A program made the translations under genes and the position numbers. From IMG/VR virus record IMGVR_UViG_3300010355_000588: a DNA stretch of 64,000 nt; one strand, 5' to 3'. Under the pieces are notes generated by a model, which made no database searches, had not been told where the DNA came from, and saw only the letters and a program-made list of their open reading frames with translations. The number at the start of each line of letters is the position of its first letter. The stretch's first letter is position 1. Positions 46,194-56,491 of the stretch are shown in pieces. Origin of the DNA: a virus. Its lineage: Duplodnaviria; Caudoviricetes.

Positions 46194-47207
46194 TTATATG
46201 TCATTATGGCCGACATCTTTATCGGTCACTTCGTTGTTGTACCATTCGGCGAAATCGAACATAGTCATGCCGCTAGTAAGATAGTCAGCATTGCTAAAGA
46301 ATAGTAGATTTCCGTCTTCAGCAACTGTAAACTTTCCTTGGGAGACAAGCGACTCTGCTAGTGCAGATCCAGATACCGCTCCAGATATTTCTTGCCAATA
46401 TCCAGATATGTCACCAGATATAGGTAGCCAGTCCCAATTCTTTCTATTTCTATCAGCCTTGATGAGACCTGCTTTAATATTTTCTTTGAATCCATCGATT
46501 CCAACAGTAACTGGAACATCATACCATCTATCCAACATGTAGCCATCTTCGCCAAATGGAATGAGATTCGGAGTAGCGTTGATCTTGAGAATCTTCGGAA
46601 GATCGTCGTCATATTCGCCAACGCCAGGAAAGAACCATGTCTTGAAGGTAAAGGAAACGTCGCCCAAACATCTATATGGAGCCGATTCAGGTAGATCTTC
46701 TGGAATAGTTGTCGAGACGCTTCCGTCCCAAACCACCTGGGATTTGATATTGCACGAAGGAAACTTTGGATGTTTCCATACGACGTAGATATCTGGCTGG
46801 AAGAATGGAATGAAGTTGTTTACTATCTGGTCTAGATCTTCTATATAGCGAGTTATCGCAGTGAGAGTGAAAGTGACATTTATTGGAATTGGAGTGGCTT
46901 GGGCTGTATTCGAATATCCATCAGTCCCAAATAGTAGATGGTTGTGGATAGAATGCACCCTCTGGACATCTCGGACGAATCCAACACGGTTTACAGCTAT
47001 CATAGGGACAGATAAAGTCTTGTTTGGATTTTCCAGAGACTTCAGAATTCTAGAGCGCTGTCCAAACACGCAAGGGACCTCAATAAGCTTCTGAATAGTC
47101 GGGTCATCTATTGAGCCCGTTCTTCTATCTATAACGATATTATTAAAGACATCCATGAACATCGCAGTGGCTATCTTTAATTCGGAATTATAGGATCTAA
47201 ATTGCAC
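46194..47207 (-). CDS. gp15: Tail sheath terminator/stabilizer
   Basis: F.DVFNNIVI.R, I.VP..FG, P.PINV.F.L, DQIVNNFIPFFQP, FTFKTWFF. Confidence 0.9.
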   Translation of the reverse strand: MQFRSYNSELKIATAMFMDVFNNIVIDRRTGSIDDPTIQKLIEVPCVFGQRSRILKSLENPNKTLSVPMIAVNRVGFVRDVQRVHSIHNHLLFGTDGYSNTAQATPIPINVTFTLTAITRYIEDLDQIVNNFIPFFQPDIYVVWKHPKFPSCNIKSQVVWDGSVSTTIPEDLPESAPYRCLGDVSFTFKTWFFPGVGEYDDDLPKILKINATPNLIPFGEDGYMLDRWYDVPVTVGIDGFKENIKAGLIKADRNRKNWDWLPISGDISGYWQEISGAVSGSALAESLVSQGKFTVAEDGNLLFFSNADYLTSGMTMFDFAEWYNNEVTDKDVGHNDI

Positions 47208-47238
47208 GAAGCAACCTCTTTCTAAAACATCTGTAAAA

Positions 47239-47275
47239 TTATTTATCGTATCCTATGGTTCTTGAGAATAAATAC
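47239..47275. promoter_or_regulatory. Back-to-back late promoters for the gp15 operon (-) and the portal operon (+)
   Basis: GATAAATA on the minus strand, AATAAATA on the plus strand. Confidence 0.55.
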
Positions 47276-47313
47276 TATTAGAACAAATTCAACAAATCTA
47301 AAGGAAAATTCCT

Positions 47314-49008
47314 ATGTCTTGGTGGGCTAACTCATTGCAAAACGTTCTTGGCATGATAGGCGTAAATCCTAAGTCTAATCCAAAGTACGAAACATATTCT
47401 AAGGCAGATGATGAAGAAGAACCTAAGGACTCAAAGAAAAACAAAAAGCCAACCGATGGGTCAGTCGTAGATGAGTTTGTCGAAGATCTGAACTCTGACG
47501 AACGCATGCTTGTCGGTGGCCTTGGACACTTCGACCAATATACAGTAGGTGACAAAATCTATGGTTCGATCTCGACAAACAAATTTGCTCGAGTCATCTC
47601 ATATCGGAACATGATGAATATGGCCGAACTAGGCGATGCTATCGAAGAAATAGCTGATGCTTGCATAAATTTCGATGAGAATGAAGAATTATACTCCTTT
47701 TCTATTTCTGACAACATAGAACTTGACCAATATACTAAGAAAAGAATCGTCGATACGGTTAAAGATTATCTATCTTATTTCGAATTTGACAACAACTTTT
47801 TCGACTATCTAATCAAGTTCATTACCGAAGGCGAATTAGCTTTTGAGAACATCGTAGATTCTGAAAATGCTGACCAAGGCATCATTGGCGTTAGATACAT
47901 CGGAGCCGAATGCTACGAATACGCTTTCAACATGAAGACAAGGCAGAAGACAGGATTGACTATCTTCTCTCAGATGCTCGACGCGATGAATACCACCATC
48001 GCTGGACAGGGTGTTCCACTGACGAACAACCAACAGACATCGATAGGTAATGGACAGATGGGAATCAAGCGAAACAAGTCGCTGTTCATGCCATGGTCCG
48101 CCTTAACATATATAGATAGTGGTGCCTACTCGATGAATGGAACGATCGTGTTTCCTCTTCTCGAGAGGGCAAGGCGTGCTTACAATCAGTTATCTCTGAT
48201 CGAAGAATCCATTATCATCCATCGGTTGGCACGCGCCCCTCTCCGTCTTGTGTTCAACGTCGGAGTTGGAAAACTATCTAAGATGCGCGCCAATGAAGAA
48301 TTGCTTAAGATAGCCAAGAAATATCAGACAAAGAAAGTCTATGACAAAACCACCGGAAGCGTCTCAAATGCTTATGATACTCATTCTATCACTGAAAATT
48401 ATTGGTTCACTCGCCCAGAAGGAACTGAAGGAACCAACGTCGAAACTATCAGCCCAGGAGTAGAACTTGGAAATTTAGATGACTTAAACTACTTCGTTCG
48501 GAAATTATATTTGTCATTGAAGGTCCCATATACCCGCTATGCTGAGCCAACTGTCCAGATCGATAGCTCAGATACCCCTCCATATGAAGAATTCAAGTTT
48601 GCTAGATTTTGTCTTAGAATTCTAAACCGCATAGAAAAAGGACTAAAGGAAGGAATTGAAAAGCATCTTAGACTACGTGGCATGTGGAAAACAGACAAAT
48701 ACGAACTTAGCCAATATGATCTAAATTTTAGCTTTACTCCGCCACATCTATATGACCAATACATATCCCAGAAGACGTTGGATTTGAAGTTGAACAACTA
48801 TGATAAGTTCGTTGGAATTACTGACAAAATAAATAACGTTGGCTTGAAAAAATATCTTGACTATACTGAAGAAGACATCGCTAATCTCTGGAACTCCATA
48901 GAAGCTGGAAAGCTAAGAATGGCGAAGATCGAATTCAAAGAAAACAACGTCAAAGATCATGGCGATCCAGAACCAATAATGGACGACAACAAAAATAAGG
49001 CTTGGTAA
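47314..49008 (+). CDS. gp20: Portal protein
   Basis: NQLSLIEE.IIIHRLARAPLRLVFNV.VGKL, ENYWF, GT.VET, YF.RKLY.SLKVP.TR, EFKF. Confidence 0.95.
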   Translation: MSWWANSLQNVLGMIGVNPKSNPKYETYSKADDEEEPKDSKKNKKPTDGSVVDEFVEDLNSDERMLVGGLGHFDQYTVGDKIYGSISTNKFARVISYRNMMNMAELGDAIEEIADACINFDENEELYSFSISDNIELDQYTKKRIVDTVKDYLSYFEFDNNFFDYLIKFITEGELAFENIVDSENADQGIIGVRYIGAECYEYAFNMKTRQKTGLTIFSQMLDAMNTTIAGQGVPLTNNQQTSIGNGQMGIKRNKSLFMPWSALTYIDSGAYSMNGTIVFPLLERARRAYNQLSLIEESIIIHRLARAPLRLVFNVGVGKLSKMRANEELLKIAKKYQTKKVYDKTTGSVSNAYDTHSITENYWFTRPEGTEGTNVETISPGVELGNLDDLNYFVRKLYLSLKVPYTRYAEPTVQIDSSDTPPYEEFKFARFCLRILNRIEKGLKEGIEKHLRLRGMWKTDKYELSQYDLNFSFTPPHLYDQYISQKTLDLKLNNYDKFVGITDKINNVGLKKYLDYTEEDIANLWNSIEAGKLRMAKIEFKENNVKDHGDPEPIMDDNKNKAW

Positions 49009-49011
49009 GAA

Positions 49012-49722
49012 ATGAACCAACTGAACGAACTCAAACTAATCGTTGAGAACGATCCTCACGAACTCGAATATATTCTAGAACAAAAGAACGAACGCGCGCC
49101 TGGATTTCTAAGAATCAAAGGTCCATATATCGTCACCGAGAAAAAGAACGCCAATGGCCGTATCTATTCCAGATCGCTTATGGAAAAGTCGGTGGCTGAC
49201 TTCAAGACAAACTACATTGACAAATGCGTGGCCTTTGGAGAAATGAACCATCCAGACCATAACCATATTGACTACAACAATATCTGCCATAAGATCGTCT
49301 CGCTCACACAGGAAGAAGACATTTGGATAGGCGAATCAGTAGTTCTAATGACGTCAGCTGATGGAACTGTCAAAGGCACCCCTAAGGGCGACATACTTGC
49401 CTCGGTCATCCATCATGGCGGTAAACCAGGCATGTCTACCCGCGGCGTTGGAAAATTATCAGAAGGCAATGTCGTCAAAGACCAATATAAGATGATAACT
49501 ATCGACTGTGTCTCCAATCCATCTGGACCCAACTGCTACGTGAATGGCATTCTCGAATCGAAGACATTCATGATAGATACCTACGGAGACATCGTTGAGA
49601 AAGCATTCGAACAATTTCAGAGAAATCTCGAATCGATTCCAACCCACTCCATCAAGACAGACGAAGGTTCGAAGCATCTGATCGAATCGATAAAGAATTT
49701 CATCGATAGTCTAAAAGTATAG
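49012..49722 (+). CDS. gp21: Prohead protease
   Basis: NANGRIY, GEMNHP, TPKG, GMSTRGVG, D.VSNPS. Confidence 0.95.
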   Translation: MNQLNELKLIVENDPHELEYILEQKNERAPGFLRIKGPYIVTEKKNANGRIYSRSLMEKSVADFKTNYIDKCVAFGEMNHPDHNHIDYNNICHKIVSLTQEEDIWIGESVVLMTSADGTVKGTPKGDILASVIHHGGKPGMSTRGVGKLSEGNVVKDQYKMITIDCVSNPSGPNCYVNGILESKTFMIDTYGDIVEKAFEQFQRNLESIPTHSIKTDEGSKHLIESIKNFIDSLKV

Positions 49723-49746
49723 TAACTAACCAAAAGGAAAGACAAT

Positions 49747-49890
49747 ATGAGCGACCGTGCTGAAAAATTCGTTGGATCTGTTAGACAGAAAAACGGGGTA
49801 GATGCTAAAGAAAATCTGAAACAACTTGTCGCAGAAAAGCTAACTGCCCGCATCATGAAAGCTAAAGCTGAGGCATTCAAAACTAAGTAA
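49747..49890 (+). CDS. Small prohead core protein (gp67-like), 47 aa
   Basis: Manual ORF MSDRAEKFVGSVRQKNGVDAKENLKQLVAEKLTARI...; SD AAGGA; head-module position. Confidence 0.6.
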   Translation: MSDRAEKFVGSVRQKNGVDAKENLKQLVAEKLTARIMKAKAEAFKTK

Positions 49891-49957
49891 GCGCTGATCG
49901 CGGCGTTTAGATAAATAAATAACAATGACTTTATGACAACAAAATTGGAGAGAAATA

Positions 49958-50383
49958 ATGAAATTTAGTAGATTATGCGAAAGCTTGCTTAACTCAAAAA
50001 CAATATTAGAACAAAAATTCACAAAAGCTAATATGTTTATGAAAGTTAGCCCAAAGGAATTTAATTTAGATCAAAAACAATTTGATAAATTAAATCTTTT
50101 TTTGCTCCGTGCGATATATTCTAATATAAACGCGGATAAGAGAGGCATAAAAATTGGGCTTACTTCTTCCGTTCTGAATTGGATGTTCGAAAAATTTTAT
50201 AAAGATGCTGAAAAATTCTTCAAAGTAACTTTTTCCGATTCCGCTAAAGAAGCGATGTTTGATCATATCAAATTTATTAATAAACTAAAAGGATCTGAAC
50301 TTGAAGATTTAGGCCGATTTATGCATGAACTTGATCCTACTCTATCGGACGACAAATATGCAGGCCGTCCATTTTGGAGTTAA
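49958..50383 (+). CDS. AT-rich hypothetical protein with CTS-like leader inserted in the head module
   Basis: MKFSRLCESLL...ILEQ; own ATAAATA promoter. Confidence 0.65.
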   Translation: MKFSRLCESLLNSKTILEQKFTKANMFMKVSPKEFNLDQKQFDKLNLFLLRAIYSNINADKRGIKIGLTSSVLNWMFEKFYKDAEKFFKVTFSDSAKEAMFDHIKFINKLKGSELEDLGRFMHELDPTLSDDKYAGRPFWS

Positions 50384-50421
50384 TTTCTAATAAATAACTA
50401 ATAACAACGGAGTTAAAAACA

Positions 50422-51300
50422 ATGAAAGACATTCTCAAGAAGCTTTTCGAAAGCATCGATCCTCAGAACTCTCTCATCAAAGAAGATGTTCGTGCTAGTC
50501 TCACTGAACAATTCGAATCGAAGATGGCTGAGCTGAAGGAAGCTGCATATAAGGAAGCATTGGAAAAGGTTGACGAAGAACATTGCGAACTGCTTGACAA
50601 GGTCCGTGCCAAAATCGACGAAGACCACTGTGAACTTTTGGACAAGGTTCTTGAAAAGATCGATGAAGAACACACCGAACTTCTCGATCAGGTCGTCGAA
50701 AAACTTCGCAGCGAAAAACTATCTGAATCCAATCGTGAAGTTGCTAAATATGTTTCAGATTTCCTCGATACCTATCTAGATGAAGCAATCCCAGAAACCA
50801 CTGTCAAGGAATCAGTCGAAACCGCCGCATGCAAGAAGATCTTCGAACAGATCAAGCAGGCGATGGCGACCTACGAAGTTTCTATCGATGCCGAAATCAA
50901 CGAAGCGTTTCTCGATGGCAAACAGATTATCGACGAAAAAGAAAAAGAACTTTCCAAACTCATGTTTGAAAAGATCGAACTTAAAAACGAACTCGAAGAT
51001 CTGAAACGCGCGAAGATCGTCGAAGAACAAACTAAATCGATGTCTCCTAAGCTCAAACTCTTTGTCGAAACGCAAGTCAAAGATGCCGAGCTCGACAAGG
51101 TTGAGGAGAAAATTGCTGAGGCAGTAAAGGCCTTTGACGCTGACGAAAAGCAGCTCCGTCAAAAACTAAATGAATCTGCCGATTCAAAATCCAAACTTGG
51201 AACGCTCGTCCCAGTTAGCGAAAGCACGACAGACAACGTGGATCCAATGATGGAAATGTATCGGAAGATGGTTGCGAAAAGCAAGCAATTGAATGGCTAA
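50422..51300 (+). CDS. gp22: Prohead scaffold protein
   Basis: Acidic coiled coil before MCP; three 15-aa KIDEEHxELLD repeats; C-terminal DPMMEMY. Confidence 0.85.
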   Translation: MKDILKKLFESIDPQNSLIKEDVRASLTEQFESKMAELKEAAYKEALEKVDEEHCELLDKVRAKIDEDHCELLDKVLEKIDEEHTELLDQVVEKLRSEKLSESNREVAKYVSDFLDTYLDEAIPETTVKESVETAACKKIFEQIKQAMATYEVSIDAEINEAFLDGKQIIDEKEKELSKLMFEKIELKNELEDLKRAKIVEEQTKSMSPKLKLFVETQVKDAELDKVEEKIAEAVKAFDADEKQLRQKLNESADSKSKLGTLVPVSESTTDNVDPMMEMYRKMVAKSKQLNG

Positions 51301-51334
51301 TAAGCCAACCTAACAAATAGGAAGTTAAAAAACA

Positions 51335-52792
51335 ATGAAACTCACAGAAGGCGCACTTTACAGAGGTCTTCCCGCTAATTTCCAAGAACAGGTGTACTCC
51401 AAGTGGGCATCTGTCATCGAAGAAGGCGGAGACATCACCGACGAACGTAAGAAACTCGCTACAGCTATCGTTTTGGAAAACATTCAGAACGCCGAAGACC
51501 AACGCATTGGCCGTCTTCGCGAAGCATATGCTGGAATCTTTCCCCAAGCTGGCATGGGCGCTCAGACAACTGGTTCTGATGGCGGCGGCCAATTTGGCGC
51601 ATATGGCGACTTCGTCACGACTGGCGTAAATCCCAACGACGCACGTATCCCCTCCATCGTCATCCCAACTGCACGTCGTATGTTTCCCGAACTCATCGCG
51701 TTCGAGGTTGCTGGCGTTCAGCCAATGATGGCATCTGTCGGCTGGGCATTCGCCATCCGCGCGAAATACGGCAAGTTCGGCAAAGGCGGAGCTCAAGGCG
51801 TTGCTGAAGGTACTGAAATCGGCTACAACCAGCTTGACTCGGCATTCACCGGCGCATCCGGCAACGCAATGGAACTCTCTGCCAACAGTTATTTCCAGGC
51901 ATTTGCTGGAGCTCCTGGCGCGCCCAACGGCACGACCAAGTTCGCAAATCCATTCGGCCAAGGCGCAACCCTTGAAAATTCGGAATGGTGGAACATTGGC
52001 GAAGACATGCCCATGGTCACTTTCGACTATCTGAAGAAATCCGTTGAAGCAAAAACCCGTAAGGTTGGTGCACAATGGACTCCAGAACTTGCCGAAGACA
52101 TGATGAACACGCAGGGAGTCGACGTCAACTCCGAAATGATCGGAATGGCGCAGTATGAAATCCGTGCTGAAATCGACCGTCAGCTCATCACTGAGATGGT
52201 TGTCGCAGCTATCAACAACGTTGGAATGGACGGAACGACCCCAGATCCCCGCGTTTCCACATGGACTCCGGTTTCTGCAGACGGCCGTAACCAATTCGAA
52301 CGTATGCTAACTCTCTACACGCACGTCCTCGAAAAATCACAGGATATCGGAATCAAGACACGCCGTGGCTCCGCTACGTTCGCTATCATGAGTCCAAAAC
52401 CTGTCGCATTGTTCGAACAGATGGGCGACATCGACACGACTGGCCGTACGTCCATCAGCTCACAAGGCGTTGGCGTCGCGAAAATCGGAACGCTGAAACG
52501 CGGCAACCTCGCCTGCTTCCGTGACACGTTTGCCGGCGGAAACTATATCCTTCTCGGATACAAGGGACCAAATCCGTACGATGCGGGAGTTATCTATTGT
52601 CCGTATATTCCTCTCCAACTCGCAACCGCCGTTGGTCAGGAAAACTTCACACCGCGCATTGGCGTCCGTACCCGTTACGGAATCCTTGGCAACGTGTTTG
52701 GTGCGGGTAATTATTATCACCTCATCAAGCTCGACGGCATGTCCGGAACTCTGCTCAACGCAGACAGCGGCCGTGTCTTCACCTACAACTGA
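51335..52792 (+). CDS. gp23: Major capsid protein
   Basis: LEN, RRMFPELIA..VAGVQPM, VEAKTRK..AQWT.ELAED, EIDR, GYKG...DAG..YCPYIPL, F.PRIG..TRYG. Confidence 0.97.
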   Translation: MKLTEGALYRGLPANFQEQVYSKWASVIEEGGDITDERKKLATAIVLENIQNAEDQRIGRLREAYAGIFPQAGMGAQTTGSDGGGQFGAYGDFVTTGVNPNDARIPSIVIPTARRMFPELIAFEVAGVQPMMASVGWAFAIRAKYGKFGKGGAQGVAEGTEIGYNQLDSAFTGASGNAMELSANSYFQAFAGAPGAPNGTTKFANPFGQGATLENSEWWNIGEDMPMVTFDYLKKSVEAKTRKVGAQWTPELAEDMMNTQGVDVNSEMIGMAQYEIRAEIDRQLITEMVVAAINNVGMDGTTPDPRVSTWTPVSADGRNQFERMLTLYTHVLEKSQDIGIKTRRGSATFAIMSPKPVALFEQMGDIDTTGRTSISSQGVGVAKIGTLKRGNLACFRDTFAGGNYILLGYKGPNPYDAGVIYCPYIPLQLATAVGQENFTPRIGVRTRYGILGNVFGAGNYYHLIKLDGMSGTLLNADSGRVFTYN

Positions 52793-52819
52793 TTCGTCAC
52801 TGTAGTTGAACTCAAAATT

Positions 52820-52844
52820 GGGAGGCCTCGTGCCTCCCTTTTTT
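52820..52844 (+). terminator. Rho-independent terminator after MCP
   Basis: GGGAGGC-ctcgt-GCCTCCC-TTTTTT. Confidence 0.9.
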
Positions 52845-52876
52845 GTCCATATTAGCTTAGCTACTTTTAGATCGAT

Positions 52877-54559
52877 CTAATTCTTAGAATATACCAGATT
52901 GCCACAGTCCCAAATTCTGTCAAAACCGAAGATCTGCATATTCTCCCATTCAGTTAGCTTAGGGTCAAATCCTTCCAATTTAGCAATTATATGCTTTTGA
53001 TATTGCATCCTAGATATTCTTCTAGTATAATCTTTTCTATTGACAAACCAATAATTAGGTAAAGATACATGTGAAAGCTTAAATCCAAGCTTTTCATAGA
53101 AGGCCTCAGTTGAACTCCACCTTCTATCAGCAAACGAAACTATACTAGTTGGGTGGTAGACCCTCTCAAAATAAGTAAGCATCTTAGAAGCAACGCCAAC
53201 TATCTTGAAATTAGATATTGTACAAAATCGTATAAGCTCCCACTCGTATTTCTTGGAAAATCTAGACTTGCTAAATGTCATTACAGCTACTAATCGATTC
53301 TTATAGTAAGCACCCAACCTTACCTTAGAATTATTAGAGCCTTGGATATGGTACTTGTCAACAAAATCAGAAGATATCTTGTTTGATATCTCTCTGATCT
53401 CACATTTTCTGGCATGGATTTTTCTATGAATTAGCCCTAGAATGTTCTTTAGTCTAGAATATACTATCTTTTCTTTGTATATCCATTCGTCTTCAAAGAT
53501 GTGTATAAGTCTGATTCCTTTTTGTTCACATTCTAATGTTTTGGCCAGATGTTTTTGTGGAGGGGTGTTGGCATGCCAATAGATTCCGTCGCATTCAATC
53601 GCCAGGCCATGTCCAGGAACGTATAAATCCAATTCTAGACCATTATCTAAAATCGTTCTATCATGTAGTTTAGCTTCTATTCCATAATTGGATAGAAAAT
53701 TCATAAGTCTCTTTTCAAAAAAGGTGGTCTTTATGTCGCATTCTGGACAAAGAGGGACGCCACCATTATGATACCATCTAAGAAAAACCATACCACATCT
53801 ACTGCATCTCCAAGGATATTTTGTAGAATAACCACCACCTCCAGAACGTACGTAGTCTTCTTCTGAAAACAGAGGAACTACTAAATTGGAAAATCGATCC
53901 AGAGTAGAATAAGTATGGCGCATTTTACCTTCGTTTATTTTCCTTCTAGATTCTGGATTCTTGTTTGGATTATTGCGTTTGAATAAATTAGATTCAAGAT
54001 ACGCAGCATTTTTTACGCCATGTCTCTCCATCATAGTGGCTTCAATCTTCTTAACCACTTCCTTATTGCCCATCGCGTTCCTCGAGCCATACTTCTTCAG
54101 GCAAGTCTCTGCCCGCTTCTGCTTGCTGGCTTCGTCGCCTTTGGCAAACTTCTTGTAGCACTCCCTCGAGCAGAAGTGCTTGGTGGATTTCTTGGATACC
54201 TCGAAGGTTGCTCCACATTGACAGCTTCTAACTTCTCTTGGAATCTTCTCCTTCTTAGAGTGCTGATATTTAGTGGAACAACTGGTAGAACAGAAGCCTT
54301 TGACGTAACTTTCTCTAGGTAGATAGAAACTATCGTATGGATAGATTTCTTTGCCACAAGTCATACAGACTGGATGCTCGGTTATCTCGTTGAAAATACA
54401 GAATATTCTTTCTGAGATGGTGGTCTTTCTGTGGTTCAGAAAAGAGGTAGCGTCAACGACGTCCTGAAGCAATCCAAGCTTCTTTAGATATGATTCGGTC
54501 ACATATCTAGGCTTTTTATGCTGCAATATTTCTTGAAGTTTTTGCGTCAATGAATTCAT
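52877..54559 (-). CDS. Homing-endonuclease-like protein (Zn-ribbons + Vsr-like nuclease + GNAT-like), third paralog
   Basis: ELDLYVP..LAIECDGIYWH; HIQG...LVAVMTF...WELIRFC...FADRRWS...RIWDCG. Confidence 0.7.
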   Translation of the reverse strand: MNSLTQKLQEILQHKKPRYVTESYLKKLGLLQDVVDATSFLNHRKTTISERIFCIFNEITEHPVCMTCGKEIYPYDSFYLPRESYVKGFCSTSCSTKYQHSKKEKIPREVRSCQCGATFEVSKKSTKHFCSRECYKKFAKGDEASKQKRAETCLKKYGSRNAMGNKEVVKKIEATMMERHGVKNAAYLESNLFKRNNPNKNPESRRKINEGKMRHTYSTLDRFSNLVVPLFSEEDYVRSGGGGYSTKYPWRCSRCGMVFLRWYHNGGVPLCPECDIKTTFFEKRLMNFLSNYGIEAKLHDRTILDNGLELDLYVPGHGLAIECDGIYWHANTPPQKHLAKTLECEQKGIRLIHIFEDEWIYKEKIVYSRLKNILGLIHRKIHARKCEIREISNKISSDFVDKYHIQGSNNSKVRLGAYYKNRLVAVMTFSKSRFSKKYEWELIRFCTISNFKIVGVASKMLTYFERVYHPTSIVSFADRRWSSTEAFYEKLGFKLSHVSLPNYWFVNRKDYTRRISRMQYQKHIIAKLEGFDPKLTEWENMQIFGFDRIWDCGNLVYSKN

Positions 54560-54573
54560 ATTTTCAATTTGAC

Positions 54574-55122
54574 TCAGTTCTTTCTTCTTGAACACCATGC
54601 TTTACAATCAGTTACTGGCGGTCCATAGTGCATCTTATCTTTTTGCCACCAGGCTGGACCATTCTCTGGAATCCAGTGGCACTTGCGCTCAATTTGTCCA
54701 ACGCTCTGCCCTTTGTTGTCTTTTTTCACATAATATGCTTCGCAATTTTTGCAGTTCCCACAATATTTCTCGTCCTGTAGAACGCATCCATTCAGCGTCC
54801 ACGGATGAAGTGGAAACGAACTGCCTAACTTTTCAATAGCAGTTGCTCTCCATACGCCAGAATCCTCTAAGAACTCCGTCATCAGATAAGTGCATGGATC
54901 GCCAGCGAACGTATATTTCTTTCCAACTTCAAGAGGATTGCCGTTCGAGTCGACCGGAGGTTTCCAGCGGTATTTGCTATCAAAGTCCCATGCAAGTTGA
55001 TCTGGTGGCACGTCCATCCATCTTCCATTAGCTTTACAAAGTATTTGAACTAGCCTGTTCAAAGGGTTTTCCATCCAAATCTTCATCATATCGTAGTGTG
55101 GATGTCTGTATTCAAAGTTCAT
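54574..55122 (-). CDS. Hypothetical protein (paralog of 55136..55696)
   Basis: RH.HYDM...W.E.P.NRLVQ...YRWKPPVDSNGN.L.VGK; Cys-rich C-terminus. Confidence 0.7.
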   Translation of the reverse strand: MNFEYRHPHYDMMKIWMENPLNRLVQILCKANGRWMDVPPDQLAWDFDSKYRWKPPVDSNGNPLEVGKKYTFAGDPCTYLMTEFLEDSGVWRATAIEKLGSSFPLHPWTLNGCVLQDEKYCGNCKNCEAYYVKKDNKGQSVGQIERKCHWIPENGPAWWQKDKMHYGPPVTDCKAWCSRRKN

Positions 55123-55135
55123 TTCACTATCCCCC

Positions 55136-55696
55136 TTAGGTTGTTTTATTCTTATGTGATGGACAATTTTCTACCAGAAATACGTCGACGACACCCCATT
55201 CTGAAATGTCGGTAGCCCAGCCAGGAGATGGCGAGTTGCTGAAATAAGCACAAATATATTCTTCATTTTTTGGCGGATTGGAGTACCAGAGCTTTGTCAC
55301 CTTTTTGCCTTGACAGTAGGCGCATGTCTTGCAGCTTTTGTCTTCAACTGGTTTAACCCCATTTAGTTCCCATGGAAGCAACTCACGCAAGACTCCACGT
55401 GGATCGCCAAAACTTGCTCCTACTCGACATCTCCAAACCCCAGTTTCTTCGAAGAACCTATCTGGAACCAGCACCCCTCCATTGAACGCATATGCCTTTC
55501 CAACGATTAGTTCATTTCCATTCGAATCTACTGGAGGTTTCCAACGATATGTAGCCTCATCCCCCCAGATCACCTCGTTTGGTTTCAGATCTAGCCACTC
55601 CGGTTTATAGCCATTACAATATTGCACCAATCTATTCTTAGGATCTTCCACCCAAACAACAATCATGTCGTAGTGGCTGTGTCTGTCTGTTTTCAT
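55136..55696 (-). CDS. Hypothetical protein (paralog of 54574..55122)
   Basis: Shared motifs as above. Confidence 0.7.
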   Translation of the reverse strand: MKTDRHSHYDMIVVWVEDPKNRLVQYCNGYKPEWLDLKPNEVIWGDEATYRWKPPVDSNGNELIVGKAYAFNGGVLVPDRFFEETGVWRCRVGASFGDPRGVLRELLPWELNGVKPVEDKSCKTCAYCQGKKVTKLWYSNPPKNEEYICAYFSNSPSPGWATDISEWGVVDVFLVENCPSHKNKTT

Positions 55697-55707
55697 TTTT
55701 TGTCTCC

Positions 55708-56265
55708 TTAGATTTTCTTCTTTCTACATGGAACGCTTGTTGTAATTCTAATGGAATACATGCTTTCTTCAGGCTTAATGACCAATGTCGGTTCATCCAC
55801 CGGCACCATATCACTCTTTTCTAATTCTTCAGCGAGTTGCTTGCACATTATCTCTCCAATATGTCTCATTAATTGAGTCATATCCCTGAGATAGCCATCA
55901 ATTATTAAGACTCTTGAATCTATATCGTGAGTAACTGAGCATACGCTAGGCCGCTCGGGAGCTACTGTAATTTTAAAAGCTTTTGCTAAGTTGCCATTAT
56001 GGAGACGTAACTGCGTGATAGCACGGTCAAAGCATCCAAGGATGTTTTCATGCAAGGCATCATCCAATGTCTCTTTGCCTTTGGTGGTCTTTTCTGTGAC
56101 CGCTTTTTCGATATATTTGATAATAGCTTCTTCGAATTGAAAGCTTGGATGTTCTGTAGGCGTAAGAGAACAAAAGCAGTCATGGGCGTGTTTTTCTTTG
56201 AAGATCTTACTACCAACCCAGGTGCTCAAATTGCAAAGTCTAGCGATAACTTGATCCTTGGTCAT
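55708..56265 (-). CDS. Hypothetical early protein
   Basis: Packed ORF with SD. Confidence 0.6.
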   Translation of the reverse strand: MTKDQVIARLCNLSTWVGSKIFKEKHAHDCFCSLTPTEHPSFQFEEAIIKYIEKAVTEKTTKGKETLDDALHENILGCFDRAITQLRLHNGNLAKAFKITVAPERPSVCSVTHDIDSRVLIIDGYLRDMTQLMRHIGEIMCKQLAEELEKSDMVPVDEPTLVIKPEESMYSIRITTSVPCRKKKI

Positions 56266-56269
56266 TTCT

Positions 56270-56476
56270 TCATTCTCCTTTGGCTGTATCTACCATAGAC
56301 GTTTCTGGAAGTTTCCATACGAACTTGGTGTTTCCTTGGTCGTCGCAAATTACCCATTCAGCGGCGCCGCGCTTGATGGCTTCTACTCGATAAACATTTT
56401 GTCCTGCTATAACCCCCATCATAAATGCCAAAGAGAGTCCAAGTATTGTCGTAATGAATTTCTCCATAAAAGTCAT
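56270..56476 (-). CDS. Small membrane-anchored protein
   Basis: N-terminal TM helix; EAIKRGAAEW...F.W. Confidence 0.65.
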   Translation of the reverse strand: MTFMEKFITTILGLSLAFMMGVIAGQNVYRVEAIKRGAAEWVICDDQGNTKFVWKLPETSMVDTAKGE

Positions 56477-56491
56477 TTTAAAATCTCCTTG

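Noticed and set aside
51215-52294. Long antisense ORFs over MCP, sheath, DinG helicase and tape measure
   Set aside because: Shadow frames caused by codon bias; no motifs or RBS
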